DNA of 63,676 nucleotides, filler included, from Klebsormidium nitens (lineage: Eukaryota; Plantae; Klebsormidiophyceae): NCBI GenBank assembly GCA_000708835.1. It is 4 parts of 4 records of this genome, joined end to end, with 100 filler letters (N's around TTAATTAATTAA, not from the genome) between each part and the next. Parts side by side here need not be neighbours in the genome. Positions count along the whole stretch, not along the records: positions 43,783 to 61,534 come from DF237960.1; 3 more parts are not named here. One strand, written 5' to 3'. Shown in pieces: positions 47,613-59,383 of the stretch. The notes beneath the pieces are model-generated. The model was not told the origin of the DNA. It was given only the letters and a program-made list of their open reading frames with translations, and searched no databases. Each line of letters opens with the position of its first letter. Positions within the stretch are counted from its first letter, which is position 1. The position numbers were made by a program, and so were the translations under genes.

Positions 47613-48964
47613 GGCCCATACGGTAGCCTGACCCTGATATTATCTACAGTGCGAAAGTCGCTTCCTAGTCCACGCATCAGGGGCAAAGAGAATCTGACCT
47701 ACAGCAACGGATTAGCCAAACGCATCATGGATGGTCACGTTCGACTCTGGATATGATTGCAAGAGGCAGCTCCTATTTCAGTGCACCCGGAGCCGGCTAG
47801 GCGTGTCTCGCTGCATACCGATCCTCGAATAACAGTCTACTACGCACCGCACCGAAAGCAAAGCGAAGGAACGTCGAGCACGTTTGTTCGGTTTTCTCAC
47901 CTTTTTCGGGCTCTTGCCTTCGTTGATTCTGAGGAGCTTGAGTCCTCGGCGGCTGGCAGCGGAACCCTGCTACAGCAAGGTTGGCTGCGACATGGCCGTG
48001 CATGTCGAAGTGGCTGTGCGTAAGATGCCCGCCCTCCTTGACGTATGCGGTTTACCCGCCTGCGACACGCCCCGTCTCGGCAAAGACCTGCTCAACGTCT
48101 ACCCCGTCTTCGGCTTTACGTCCTGCGTGCAAATGCCCATACCCGCGGTCTGCTTGAATGGCTCCTTCTCGTCCAACGGGTATAAACAAACTGCCCTCCC
48201 GTATCCTCCCCATCCCGGCCCACGCATCTCGAGCGAACCCCGTTGCGGTCCTCGGTTGGATCGGCCTCGCCGTTAACCTCCTCTTGATTGAAAATCATAC
48301 CCTCGAGGTGAGGGTGAATAGCTCGTAGCATCTCGACTTGCTCCTTCGTGTCCAGCAAACCGGTTCTCACGAAATGCTCATGGCCGGCCGGCAGCTTTGC
48401 TCGAAAGGCGCTGGAATTAAGCTCTGATAGCGGTACTTCGTTTGCCACGACCACGAGGGCTTGGCCAAACGTGTCTCGAGAGCGGGAAACCATTGTATTG
48501 TTGGCAATCCCGCAAATCGTTTACATCCATGAACGTGGAGCGGAGAAGAACGCCCCTTCAGATGGATTGAAGAGAAGGCGCGAGTATGACCGACAGCGGG
48601 GACAACACTTGTTGTTAAAAGCTGCGATTCAGCCTTGGACCTCGTGACAGTCGGCGGTCACTAGGTTCAGTTCTCCTACTTGGTCAGTTGTTAGAAACGC
48701 GGAACGTCTGGGCCAGCGCAGAGCACACGTCCGATAGCACTTGGACCGATCCAACTTTATATCATCAATTGTCCGTGCAAAGGCATTCACCTGAAGCTGG
48801 AGGATGTTCGCGTCGTTTTGCGGCATATTGAATGAGCTGTACCGCCCTCCCATCGCGTGGTTGAAGGCTTTCAAATACTGCGTTGTAGGTGCTGCTTGCT
48901 GATTTCGCGTGGCGAAAGACCCGGCCAGCCTCCAGCTTTCGAGCGCGAGCTCGGGGAAGGTCAC
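47613..48964 (-). pseudogene. Possible JmjC/2OG-Fe(II) oxygenase remnant
   Basis: TAYVKEGGHLTHSHFDMHGHVAANLAVAG (~47965-48051; HxD at 48004-48012) and GQILFAPDAW (47670-47699). In-frame TAA at 48052-48054. Confidence 0.4.
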
Positions 48965-50966
48965 CTAGAAACACAACGTGTATCGAACCACACAGGCGCC
49001 AGCATAAATTGGCGGACACGTGTTGGCACCTTAGCTGCGGTCATGAATTGGAGAATGTATTAGTTGCGAGAATACGGGGCCCGATTGGATAGTTCCGTCA
49101 TCAGGGCGTGTTAAATCAACTCAAAAACGGGGACGGTTTGAGGTGCCTACTGGTATTGCTCGGATAACCGTGTGGGCGTGTGAAAAGAAATGGTAAAAGC
49201 AGACGCGCATCAGGAGAAGTTCGGCCACCCTCGTCAAGAATGAATGTTGGCTGTCCGTCAGAGGTCGTCGCTATTTGGGGGAAAATCAATCTACACTCAC
49301 CTCGTCGTATTCGTCTTGACCTTTCGAACGTGCTTTTTTTTCTTCTATTCACGATGGGTAGTTCCGATTCGAGCAAACGCCTCAGCTTGTGCTTTTCTCG
49401 GGCTAGTGAAGCACCACCTGGAGATGGGCTTGTACGGCGTGTGGAGAGAAGCCAATGTGAACCCCTAAATTATTTACTTTCCGGATTAGTACACCCGTCT
49501 CAACTCTACCAAGCAAAGAGAGTGCCCCTAAGCTGGCATCAGCAGCATTCCATGGCGGCCTCCAGGATAGGCCTATTCAATTCGAGCAGTGTCAGTGTTA
49601 CCGGCCGCACCCTGATTGAGCCTGGAAGCAGTGCAGACTTCTGCATGTGCAATTCAGTGATTAATTCGTGGTGCAAAAAACATGTCCAACCTATTTATCC
49701 GCTTTCAGGACATTGCCCGCAACAACAACCACCTGCGGACTGATTGTTAGGAGCAAGGGGGGAGCAAGAGAGAAGCATTGGTGGGTCACACCCGACCCAT
49801 ATTTGCATCAAGGTGCAGCTGCAGCCAGAGCATATGTAGCACCCACCTCCAAGCAGCCTACCAAAGCAGGGCAACTTCAGTTCGGAGTGCGGTGCGGCAG
49901 CTTTCAACTACCAGCAACGCAGGTGAGTTGTTTACTTCAAAGAGTTGGTTTCGACATTACACTGCGGGAGCATCTTGATGATCTTTGGATTGCCAGAGAA
50001 GAAACATATTCATTTGAGACTTTCTATTGCGGAGCCGCCGCAAAATACATAAGCTTGTTCCAGCTTTGTGAGCATACTACGTCAGTTGACGCCTGAATAT
50101 CCCGTTTTGGACATTCATTTGGAATCCTTCAGGCCAGGCTAATGCGCGTTGAAACCCGTCGCGCAATCGAATGCCTGAACAATATAGCTAGGGCTCGACT
50201 ACAAACTTTGCGCGTTTTCGCGGAACGTCGAAAGCAAGTTTTGCAGTAGTCACCGAATTTAGGGTTAAAGTACCGTTCGGTTCTTCACCGTACACTTTAT
50301 GGTACCTGCGACGTACTAAGAATTGAGGTACCGTGCATCAAGCGCGCGGCATGCACCTAAATTACCCGTATACTAGGTGCGTACCGGCTTGTGCACCATA
50401 AAAACATATTTTCATAAAATTCTTTAGAATCCATCAAGGATCCTTATGAATCCTGAATTTTTGGGACCGGAGGTATGGGCTTTGGATTCGTAGGTCAAGT
50501 TCAGTTTAGTTACATATTTTGGTCCGAGGTAACCGGGGATGGCATGCAGCCAACGGAGGGGTTCTACAAATTCAGGGTTCAGGAGAACCGTGAGTGAACC
50601 CTGAATGAATATACAGGAAGGGTTCACTTGGAATAAAATATACTGTCGTCTGCCGCCATCAGTTTGCATTTCGGTATGTATTATGACCGAGACCCGGGTG
50701 CGCGACGGTGGGTACCGCACAAGTTATTCAACGCAGATCGCGACGCAGATCGCGACATTTTCGGACATATTTTCGGTACATATTTACCAGGACTCCGTAC
50801 TAAATACTTGGCAGTATCAACTGGTAAAATTCGTAAATTTCCTAGAGTATGCTACCGCCGCGCAGATAAGGTACAGTAAGACTGTACCGCGTACGGCCCT
50901 TGGAAGTCTTCCACTTCCGTGCATTGTAGATTTATCCATTTGAGTACCTTAAATGATGTTGCGAGA

Positions 50967-51114
50967 AGCAAATCACAGCAGCTCGGAACCATGCTACACA
51001 TCAAAACCGAGTAGCAATCAGTGCTAGATTGACTACCATAAATTCAAAAAGAAATGGCAAAAGCAAATCACGGCAGCTCGGAATCATGCTAAACAGCATA
51101 ACCGAGTAGCAACC
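50967..51114. repeat. Two copies of a ~54-bp direct repeat (period ~94 bp)
   Basis: aagcaaatcac.gcagctcggaa.catgcta...aaccgagtagcaa at 50967 and 51061. Confidence 0.75.
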
Positions 51115-51127
51115 CATGGTCGCCTGC

Positions 51128-51700
51128 TGAACCGGGCATCATTTCGGCTTCATTCGGACTGCTTCTGAACCCTGAATTTCTGAACAAGTCGACCGGGACC
51201 CTTGATATGGCCCGCGGCCCGGTTCGACCGCTGAACCAAGCGTCATTTCAGATTCATTCGGGTTCCTTCCCGATCTTGAAATTCTGAACAAGTCGACCGG
51301 GACCCTTGATACGGCCCGCAGCCCCGGTTTGCCCTCTAAACCGGGCGTCATACCAGCTTCATTCGGGTTCCTTTCGAACCCTGAATCTCTGAACAAGTCG
51401 ACCGGGACCCTTAAGGCCCGCGGCCTTGATTCGCCTTTCTGAACCGGGCGTTGTTTCAAAAATCATTCGGGTTCCTTCTGAACCCTGAACTTCTGAACAA
51501 TCGACCGGAATCCCTAAAGTCCACGGCTCTGGAGCGCCCTCTGAACCGGGCTGTCAAGGTCATTTCAAATCCATTCGGGTTCCTTCTAAACCCTGGATTT
51601 CTGAGAACCTTGACCGTCCCTCCTAAGGCCCGCCGGCCCAACGGCGGCCGCTAAACCGGGCTTCATTTCAAGCACATTCGAATGAATCGTTCTGAACCCT
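51128..51700. repeat. Tandem array, ~103-110-bp unit, ~5.5 copies
   Basis: Units start ct(g/a)aaccgggc at ~51128, 51231, 51336, 51439, 51541 and 51651. The core is cattcgggttcctt..aaccctgaa..tctgaacaagtcgaccgggaccct. Confidence 0.85.
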
Positions 51701-53370
51701 GACATTCAAAACAAACGGGACCGGGCCGGGCTATACGGGACCGGCGGCGTACGAGACCGACTATATATAGCCTATAGCCATGTACGTGAAAACGAAAGTG
51801 CCTGATGGGTAGTGAAATTGACGGATGTCCTGAAATTGGAATCTAGGGCCGCCATTGACGTTGCATCTTTGTGAGTACTTATGGAAATGCTAGTTTGTTT
51901 CACATCCTCAATCCCCTTTCAAGGGGCCCCATCCTAAAATGCAATCTTCAACACGTAAATGTTTCCAGTGTCTGGTTTCGAGCTCCTGTGTGACGATTCG
52001 TGTGTATTAACTGCATACCGAACTCGCCACAGTATTTTACTCTGCGCCTATTGGTGTATCTGTTCCGATCGTGTACGCATTCCGGTTCCGTTGCGTTCCG
52101 TTCTGATCTGTCGCTACATGCCCGGAAGCGGATCACGTGCTACTCTGACAATCTGACACTACCGGTTTATTGCTATGTCATGATTTGACAGCCGAGATGC
52201 CGCATACCTCTCAGCATGTACGAGTCTGTGCGTACATGGCTATAGGCATGGCGTGAATGTTGTGACATTGCGTGCATGAAGTCTGAAGCCGAAGGTCCGC
52301 CCTGAAGCTTACCTATTGGAACTACTTGTCCGACTCTACACTTCTCTTAGTACCTGTACATGAGGTAATTCCTCGCTTGCGAGCAAGGTTCCAAGTCCAT
52401 GAACAGGAAGGAGGAGGACACTTCTGTAGTTACAATTTCTAGAGGAAGGGCGCTTCTCGGTTTCATGGCTGCTGCATAGGCGACAGTAATCTTCCGCTGC
52501 ATACTCTGATCGCATTACCCTGCTTATAGCTCATAGCTTTGGGTGAGAGTCACATCCTGTGAGTAACTTATAGTGTATCGACACTCTGCGAGCTACGACT
52601 TGTCAGTTAATCTGCTTGATTGCCTACGCTTTTGCGTCCATTGGATGCATCCCTTTGAACCGTTGGGGAGCTTTGAGATTTCAAAATTGCTATCAACTCG
52701 GGGGCGGCTTGTTGATCTTGCGCTCTGTTGCTCAGCTCCCCACATGGCCAGTTTAACTTGTGTAGGCTGAGTCAAGTCAAGTTCCCGGCCTCTTACACGT
52801 CCTCTGGTCCACGATGTGTGCAGACGCCACGAACCCGCTGCCCCGGCCACCCGGTACCACTGGCCCACTGAGGACGTCAGTGAACCTGCCGGCTAGAGGT
52901 GAGCACACGGGTCGAACAACTTCACACCTTCTGCGTGTCGACGAACCCGGAATCTCGACGAGCTTTACTGGCTCTCTGTACGTTATTGTGTTGTGGCTAC
53001 CCGTTGTTAGACACGAGATTGCCCCTGCAACCCCCTGCGGCTGTCCTCAGGCTGGAAAGGGAGGGTGTCCATGCGAATGTCATGATCCGATTTTTTGAGT
53101 GCGGGTGCCGCCACCGTCTTGAACACCTGCCTTGTGACGTCCTCGCACAGAGGTGCCCGCACCATCTAGAGAGCCACCGTGCACCCCGAGAGGGCTCATT
53201 TAGCACCCGCGTCGTCTGGAAGCCGCCAATCCCTCCCGCCGTGGGCATCATCGTTCGTTCCCGCACAGGGCACGCGGCCTAGCCCCGCCGTGGGCCCTGC
53301 ACCCTCATAAGAAGACGGCCACGACGAGGACCCCGCTGGGTTCGAAGAGATCAACAGCGAGCGCCGGTGG

Positions 53371-54200
53371 GTGCTCGTCAAGGGGCTCTTGAACGACTGG
53401 ACTACTGACGAGGCGCTCCAATGTCTCATTAGGGCATTCCTAGGGGCGCTCGGAAGCCAGATTATGACAGTTCCACCACGGGGCCTCTTTGACATTGTCA
53501 GCGTCGACGTCGAGTGGCACGTGGATTCCAAGGTGGCGCGTGTCCGCTTTGCCACGCCGTTGGGGGTGAAGCTGGCTTGGGAGCTTAGCCACGTACGTTG
53601 CGGGCTGCGCACAAGCATCGCGTTCACGCCCGCGGTTGTGGGAGCTCAATGTCATCTTCGGGAAGCCCTGTCGAGACCGCCGAAGCCCCCCCGCCCGAGG
53701 AAGTCGCCAGCCAGAGGGGTTTAGGGATGATCGCGGCAGGATAGCTCCCATCGCAGGCTCCCTAAGTCTGGCTTTCGAGGCCCATGGGAGAATGGGAGGC
53801 CGAGAATCTCGTCCGGGAACAAGTTGCGGCGCGGGGCGGCGACCCGCACTAATTGGAGCTGGTCGGCGTCAGCGCATGCACACATGTCAACCGCTTTTGC
53901 GACCCCTACGGACGCTTCACTCGTTCGAGCCGCCGCCAGCCGCTACGAGTGGGGCGCTGCCAAGGTCGCCTTGGTCGGGTCCAAAGACTGCCTTCTCATC
54001 CCCGAGCTCTTCATTGGCGTCCCGCTCGAGAAGATCCCCAAGAACTAATCCGACAAGATGGACCTTCTCGGGGGTATTGTGGACGACGCCCTATCCGATG
54101 GGTTTGTTGTCTCTGGTCCCGCCTCAACGGGCCGGTGCGCGACGCGCCGGGGACGTACGCGTCCCCCAACTTTAATAGGGAGGCGCGCTTCCAGCAGTGA
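53371..54200 (+). pseudogene. Degenerate RRM-like/ORF1-like coding sequence
   Basis: LVKGLLNDWTTDEALQCLIRAFL...KVARVRFATPLG resembles retroelement ORF1 RRM-type folds. It lies upstream of the DIRS-type RT on the same strand. Confidence 0.3.
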
Positions 54201-55559
54201 GAGGCATATTGCAGTTCTGGATCTGTACATGCACGTTTTCTTCGAATATCCTCGCTGTGGTTCGTGCGTCATTGCGGACAGTCCTTGAAGCTCTTGGAGC
54301 AGACTTGCTGGACGTAGTCCGCCGCAGTTTGGTTCTCCGATCAAAGGGGCGTACTCAACCCTGGCGTCTTCCTTCCCTCTTGTTTCTTTGTGCTTCCACC
54401 GCACCCTCACCATCTCTTTGCTTGTATCCGGGGAACTGCAAAAAAGATCTTTATAAGGTGCATTGTTCCCGTGACCATCGCATCACACCTCTTCCGACCC
54501 CAACGAGGTCTATCAACTCTCAGCCGTCCCCGTCCTTTGATGCGCGTGAAAAGCTGTGATCCCCAAGGCGGAGAATTTGCCCACCCCCGCCCCGTCAGTC
54601 CGGATGCATTGCTGACCCGCTCAAACGCCGAAACACGGTCTGCGAATGAACCCGCTCTTCCGACTGCACGTGCGACTTGAGGTTCCGTGTGGAGTACCAG
54701 CCAGGAATTGCGCCGGCGGCCCTGCACCCACATGGGGCCATTGACTGCTAGAGCCACCACGGGCTGCATACTGAGTTGCTGCGGGTCCATTGACGGACCG
54801 CTGCAGAGGAAAGCAAGCACGCAAGCATCACAAGCATTCAACAAGGTCGAGTATCTATTGGTTTGGCTTCGTTTGCATATTATTTTGCATTTTCCACAAG
54901 GGGTTTATCTTTCTTGTGATTGGAAGTGACTCATTTTCCGCACTTTCGGCGTATCATTCATGTGTATGCCATATTCCGGTGCGTAGTAGGCATTGGCACT
55001 ACGGCGTCTGCAGATATACGTTCGGACACTAAAGCGCATTGTATTGCTCACCTAAAAGCTTACTTATAAAACCTGAGATTTAAGAATATTTCTTGAAGCC
55101 TGTTTTGACCGGTACGTCAGCAGCCAGCCCTGCGGGGTTTGTTATTGTGTATGCGCTGAATATACGTAGGGTACGCTACCATTCTCTGCTGCGCCATTGG
55201 GCAGTTCTACTTGTGATCATTTGATCCAGGAGAAACTTTGCCAATCGAAACTTTAGAGTCAATGTTCTTCCCAGAGAATTGGTTCGCTACGATCAAAGAT
55301 TTGCGGTATTTGCATGCTTGGCACTCTTCCCTACTCTGGGCTGCTGGATGTTGCTGTGGTGTTGTTAAAAACCCGCCTTAACGCCTCGTAAATGGAGTAT
55401 ACGTCGCTGTTTTACTATCCTGAAAACAGGGTTAGAAATCTGGTCAGGGTTTAAACCCTGGGTTAGTATTTCCTAGCGGGAGTTGGTGCTTAGGTAGCTC
55501 TTGATGTTGTCGTCACAGCCTGATAGGCTTTTCTCATAGTGGCAACCGTCACCGCCCGT

Positions 55560-57420
55560 AGCGTATGACCTTCTTATGGGGGTCAAATATGCTGTACTGC
55601 TGAATACCTAACACCATATTCTGATTCGCTTTGCATTCTCCGGCAGATTCTGCAGGAGTTTCAGACTCGGTAGCCTAGGTTCAGGCAGGTCTTGCACATT
55701 GACTTAAGACTTCATGAAATTCTCTCTCTCCTCACTTCCTTTGGAAATAGAGTGTTGAGACAGGTACATACCCTTGTCAGAAGGCGTGTCTGATAGTATT
55801 CCGTTTTCTTCTTCGCGAGCGCACCCGCATATGACTTACAAACTGACTATCGACATGTCGCTCTGTGTTAGATGCCTAAACGTGACCCTTTTGACAACGA
55901 CAACTTTGACGACATCAACGTGGACGAGTATGCGGAGGACCCGCCGCCACGTGTCCAGCCCCTTAATGATCACATGACGCAGGTCGCTTTTAAATTTCAG
56001 ACGTTAGATGACGCTTTCGAATTGATGACGCCTTGGTGCTTCATGGCCAAGGTAGATATTGAGGGCGCCTATTGTCACGTCCCTATCGACCCTCTAGATC
56101 GGGATAATTTAGCCTTTATTCAGCCAGATCGTCACGAAGTATTCGACGGGTATCTTGCATTCGGGGCCAATTTTGCCTGCGAAGTCTTTAACCGAATTGG
56201 TTTAGCAAATTATATGCGTCATGGCCCGACTTGGAATACGATGCATTGTCGGATACGTTGATGACTTTTTGATTATTGCAGCGACAGAGGCGGAAGCGTG
56301 GCGCGCGTACTCCGGTCGCTCGGGATTTCATTAAACATGAAGCCACAGAAGACGGTTTTCCCTGCCCAAATATGCACGTTTTTTGGTATCTGTCTTGATT
56401 CTGTGCGTGTGCAGGCCCGCCTGGATGACGCTAAATTAGCGTCGACCTTAGAGTTATTGCAGCGCATATTGCGCAAGAAGGCCATCAAACGCCGGGAGCT
56501 GGAAAGTTTGAATGTTTGGCGGGCAAACTCAATTGGATCGCTCGCGTTGTATATGGGGGGCGCACGTTTTCGCGTCGGAATATTGACTCCGTTCACAGCG
56601 TGAAACACTCCTCGCACTTTATTTCCGTTTTCGGCGGTCTTCGGCAAGTTGCAGTGGTACTTTGATTTTTTGCCTACATTTACTAGACAGACTGCGCTCG
56701 TTTCACCTCGCTCTCTATGTCCTCTTTAATTTTCCATTGACGCTTCCTCTTCGTTGGTTGCGTGTCTGCAGGGGAGCTACGTTTCTTTATCTTTTGAGGC
56801 ACCCGCTCGCCTCTATCCTCACGCCCACCCGCAGGCCGCCCCCATCCACACCACGAGATTTCGCCTTGTTAATTGCGTGTCGGACATGGCCGTTTGCGTT
56901 ACGGGTCTTTTTTATTGTTGTCGTATTAACAACCAGGTCGTCATTTTCACAGTAAACAAAGGAACGGCTAAAGGCGAGTTTGGTCCATTGATGATGCAAT
57001 ATCTGCGTGAATTTTCCTGGTCTGCGTCACTTGATTTTAGAATCACAGCTCGTTACATCACTTCGAAAGATAACGCTCTGTCGGACTCGTTGAGTCGCAA
57101 TGACTGGGTCGCATTTAATTCAGACCTACGCAGTTTTATTTGCGACGGCGCCCTGCATTTGGTCACGCCTGCGCATGTTTCTGTACAGTTGACTTCCTTG
57201 TAATAATATGCAGCGCGAATCGCGGGATTCCGGGACATCTTGGACGCGCACACACGGGTGTACCTGTCCGAGTGGCTGGCGCGCTCCAATGACGTGGCGT
57301 ACAAGGCGCGCACGTCCGCTACTGGGTGCAGTTCTATACGTTTTTCGATTACCCCGCCATCAATCCTACCGAGATGGTACTCTGCCGGTACGTTTCTTAC
57401 CTGGCTTTCACCTGCGCTTA
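55560..57420 (+). mobile_element. DIRS-order (Ngaro-like) tyrosine-recombinase retrotransposon remnant
   Basis: RT: PLNDHM..FKFQTLDDA..MAKVDIEGAY.HVPI..LAFGA and YVDDF. RNase H: NQVVIFTVNKG...DNALSDSLSR. Start of a YR SAM-like region: YWVQFYTFFDYPAINPTEMVLCRYVSYLA. Frameshifted. Confidence 0.75.
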
Positions 57421-58548
57421 CAAGAAGAGATGTGGGCGGAGGCCATTGTGACGGCCCACTACACCCGGAACCGGACCCCAGTGAGCGCGCACGAGAGGAC
57501 CCCGTCGGAGGCGTTTCTACGGCAGGAGGCCTAGCGTGGAGCACATGCGGGTGTTTGGGGCAAGAGCTTACAGGCACGTTCCGAAGCAGCGGCGTCGGAA
57601 ATTGGATCCGGTGAGCGAGCGGTTTGTGTTCGTGGGGTACGAGCCGGACTCTAAGGCGTACCCGGTGCTCCGGGAAAGCGACGGAAGGATCATGAACTCC
57701 GGGGACGTCATCTTTGACGAGGGCGAGGGGGACAACGGGGTTGTTGAGCTAAGCTCCAATCCTGGAGGGTTTCCTGGAGGCGGCCGGCGAGCGCGACACC
57801 GCGCCCGCGACCGCGCCCGCACACGCGCCTGCGCCCAATTTGCGGCCGTGTCGCACGCACGATTGCCAAAACCGACCAAAGTGGGCAAGTTTTGCAAAAG
57901 CGCAGAGCAGAGCCGGAAGAGATTGCGAAGGACATAGGGATGCCAACACCGGCTGGTCAGAGGAACCCCGCACGTGAGAGACACGCGCCGGGAGATTGGT
58001 ACCGCGCCAACTTGGCGACGGACACTAAAGCGGGGGCGCATCTCAAAGGAACGGGGGAGCAACCAGAATCGGAGAGTTATCAGGAAGTCGTAGGTGGAGA
58101 AGAGACTGACCCTTGGCAGAAAGTCTATGGATGCGGAGATGCGTTCCTCGTTGGAGAACGGAACGTGGGAGATCGTCGAAAACCGAGGAAGGGGTTAAAC
58201 CGGTTCCCATAAAGTGGGTTTACAAGATCAAGCGGGACGCTCACGGAAATGTGCAGCTGTACACGTCCCAGCTGGTGGCGAAAGGCTACCTGCAGAAGCA
58301 GGGGGTTGACTTCGAGACGAGGTCTACGCCCGGGTGAGCAAGCACACGACGTTGCGTGCGCTATTGGCGGTGGTTGCGGAGCCCGACTTGGAGCTGCATC
58401 AGCTGAACGTCAAAACGACGTTCCTTAATGGGGAGCTGAAGAGGAGATCTACATGCAGCAGCCGCAAGGATACGAGCAAGGTGGGCCGGAGATGGTCTGC
58501 CGCCTCAAGCGCACCTTGTACGGGTTGCTTCAGGCGCCGCATGCGTGG
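57421..58548 (+). mobile_element. Copia integrase-RT fragment without LTRs
   Basis: WAEAIVTAHYTRNRTP, RVFGARAYRHVP, KWVYKIKRD...LVAKGY and [12 protein letters not shown]. Confidence 0.85.
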
Positions 58549-59383
58549 GTCACAAGGTCCTGGGTCGTTGCGGTAACATGTCGATAACATATCAGACAAG
58601 TCTCGGCACACTCGGCTAAAAGAAAATACATGGCGTCCCATGTCACTCATATGCATCACACACATCATCAATGATCCCACCAACGAGGCACTCGGCACCG
58701 GGATTGGCAAAGAGTAGGCAACCGTGAAGGGTGGAAGCGTCAAAGCGCTGGAAGGTGCTAAATCATGCAGGTGAGAGAATGCAAGGCGTCCAGCCTGACC
58801 ATCACAAGGGAGCGCTGAAGTCTCCAAAACACGACTCGCGCAAAGTTGGCGAATGAGTCGAATGTTTCTAGGTTCTGCTCGCTGTCGTCGGAATATCTTA
58901 GTCGAGTCTAGAATCGAAGTCGAATCACCACGGTCTAGTGGTATCGCGCGAAGTGTGACCAGTAGTCTGAGTCCACAGCTAGCCTAGGAAGTCTACAAGT
59001 CGCGTGGAATCGATGTCACCATAACCGCCGGGGCTGGACGCTGTTATCAACCGCCGAAATATGTGGTCACACGGTTGAAATATGATCGTAACGGCCGCGC
59101 ACAAAGATCAAGGCCACGCCTGTCAGCAGATATGCAGCGTTTTGAAGCTCAGGTACAGGGGGATCACCTTGGAGCGGCAGGCTTGCGCTAGGTGTAGGGA
59201 ATAAACTAGCTTAGGCCGAGCCCTTGGCAACGAAGTATCACGGCATGACACCTGTCACGCGGTCTTGGGTCATTCCGGTAACATGTCGAAAACATACCAG
59301 ATAAGTCTCGGCGCACTCGGCTAAACGAAAAATACATGGCATCTCAGATCACTCATATGCATCACACACATCATCATGATCCC
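58549..59383. repeat. LTR-like region with ~130-bp direct repeats
   Basis: 58549-58678 is similar to 59254-59383. (t/g)gtcac...catgaca termini bound 58548-59250, and the tract ccctcccccc lies at 59381-59390. Confidence 0.55.

Noticed and set aside
49100-50100. Protein-like + strand stretch (FHGGLQDRPIQFEQCQC...WWVTPDPY)
   Set aside because: Multiple stops and no recognisable motif, so it cannot be supported as a feature.
50261-50900. GTAC-rich degenerate inverted ends suggesting a MITE
   Set aside because: Similarity is too weak and there is no convincing TSD.
51128-51700. CRISPR-like array
   Set aside because: Whole units repeat with no unique spacers, there are no cas genes, and the context is eukaryotic.
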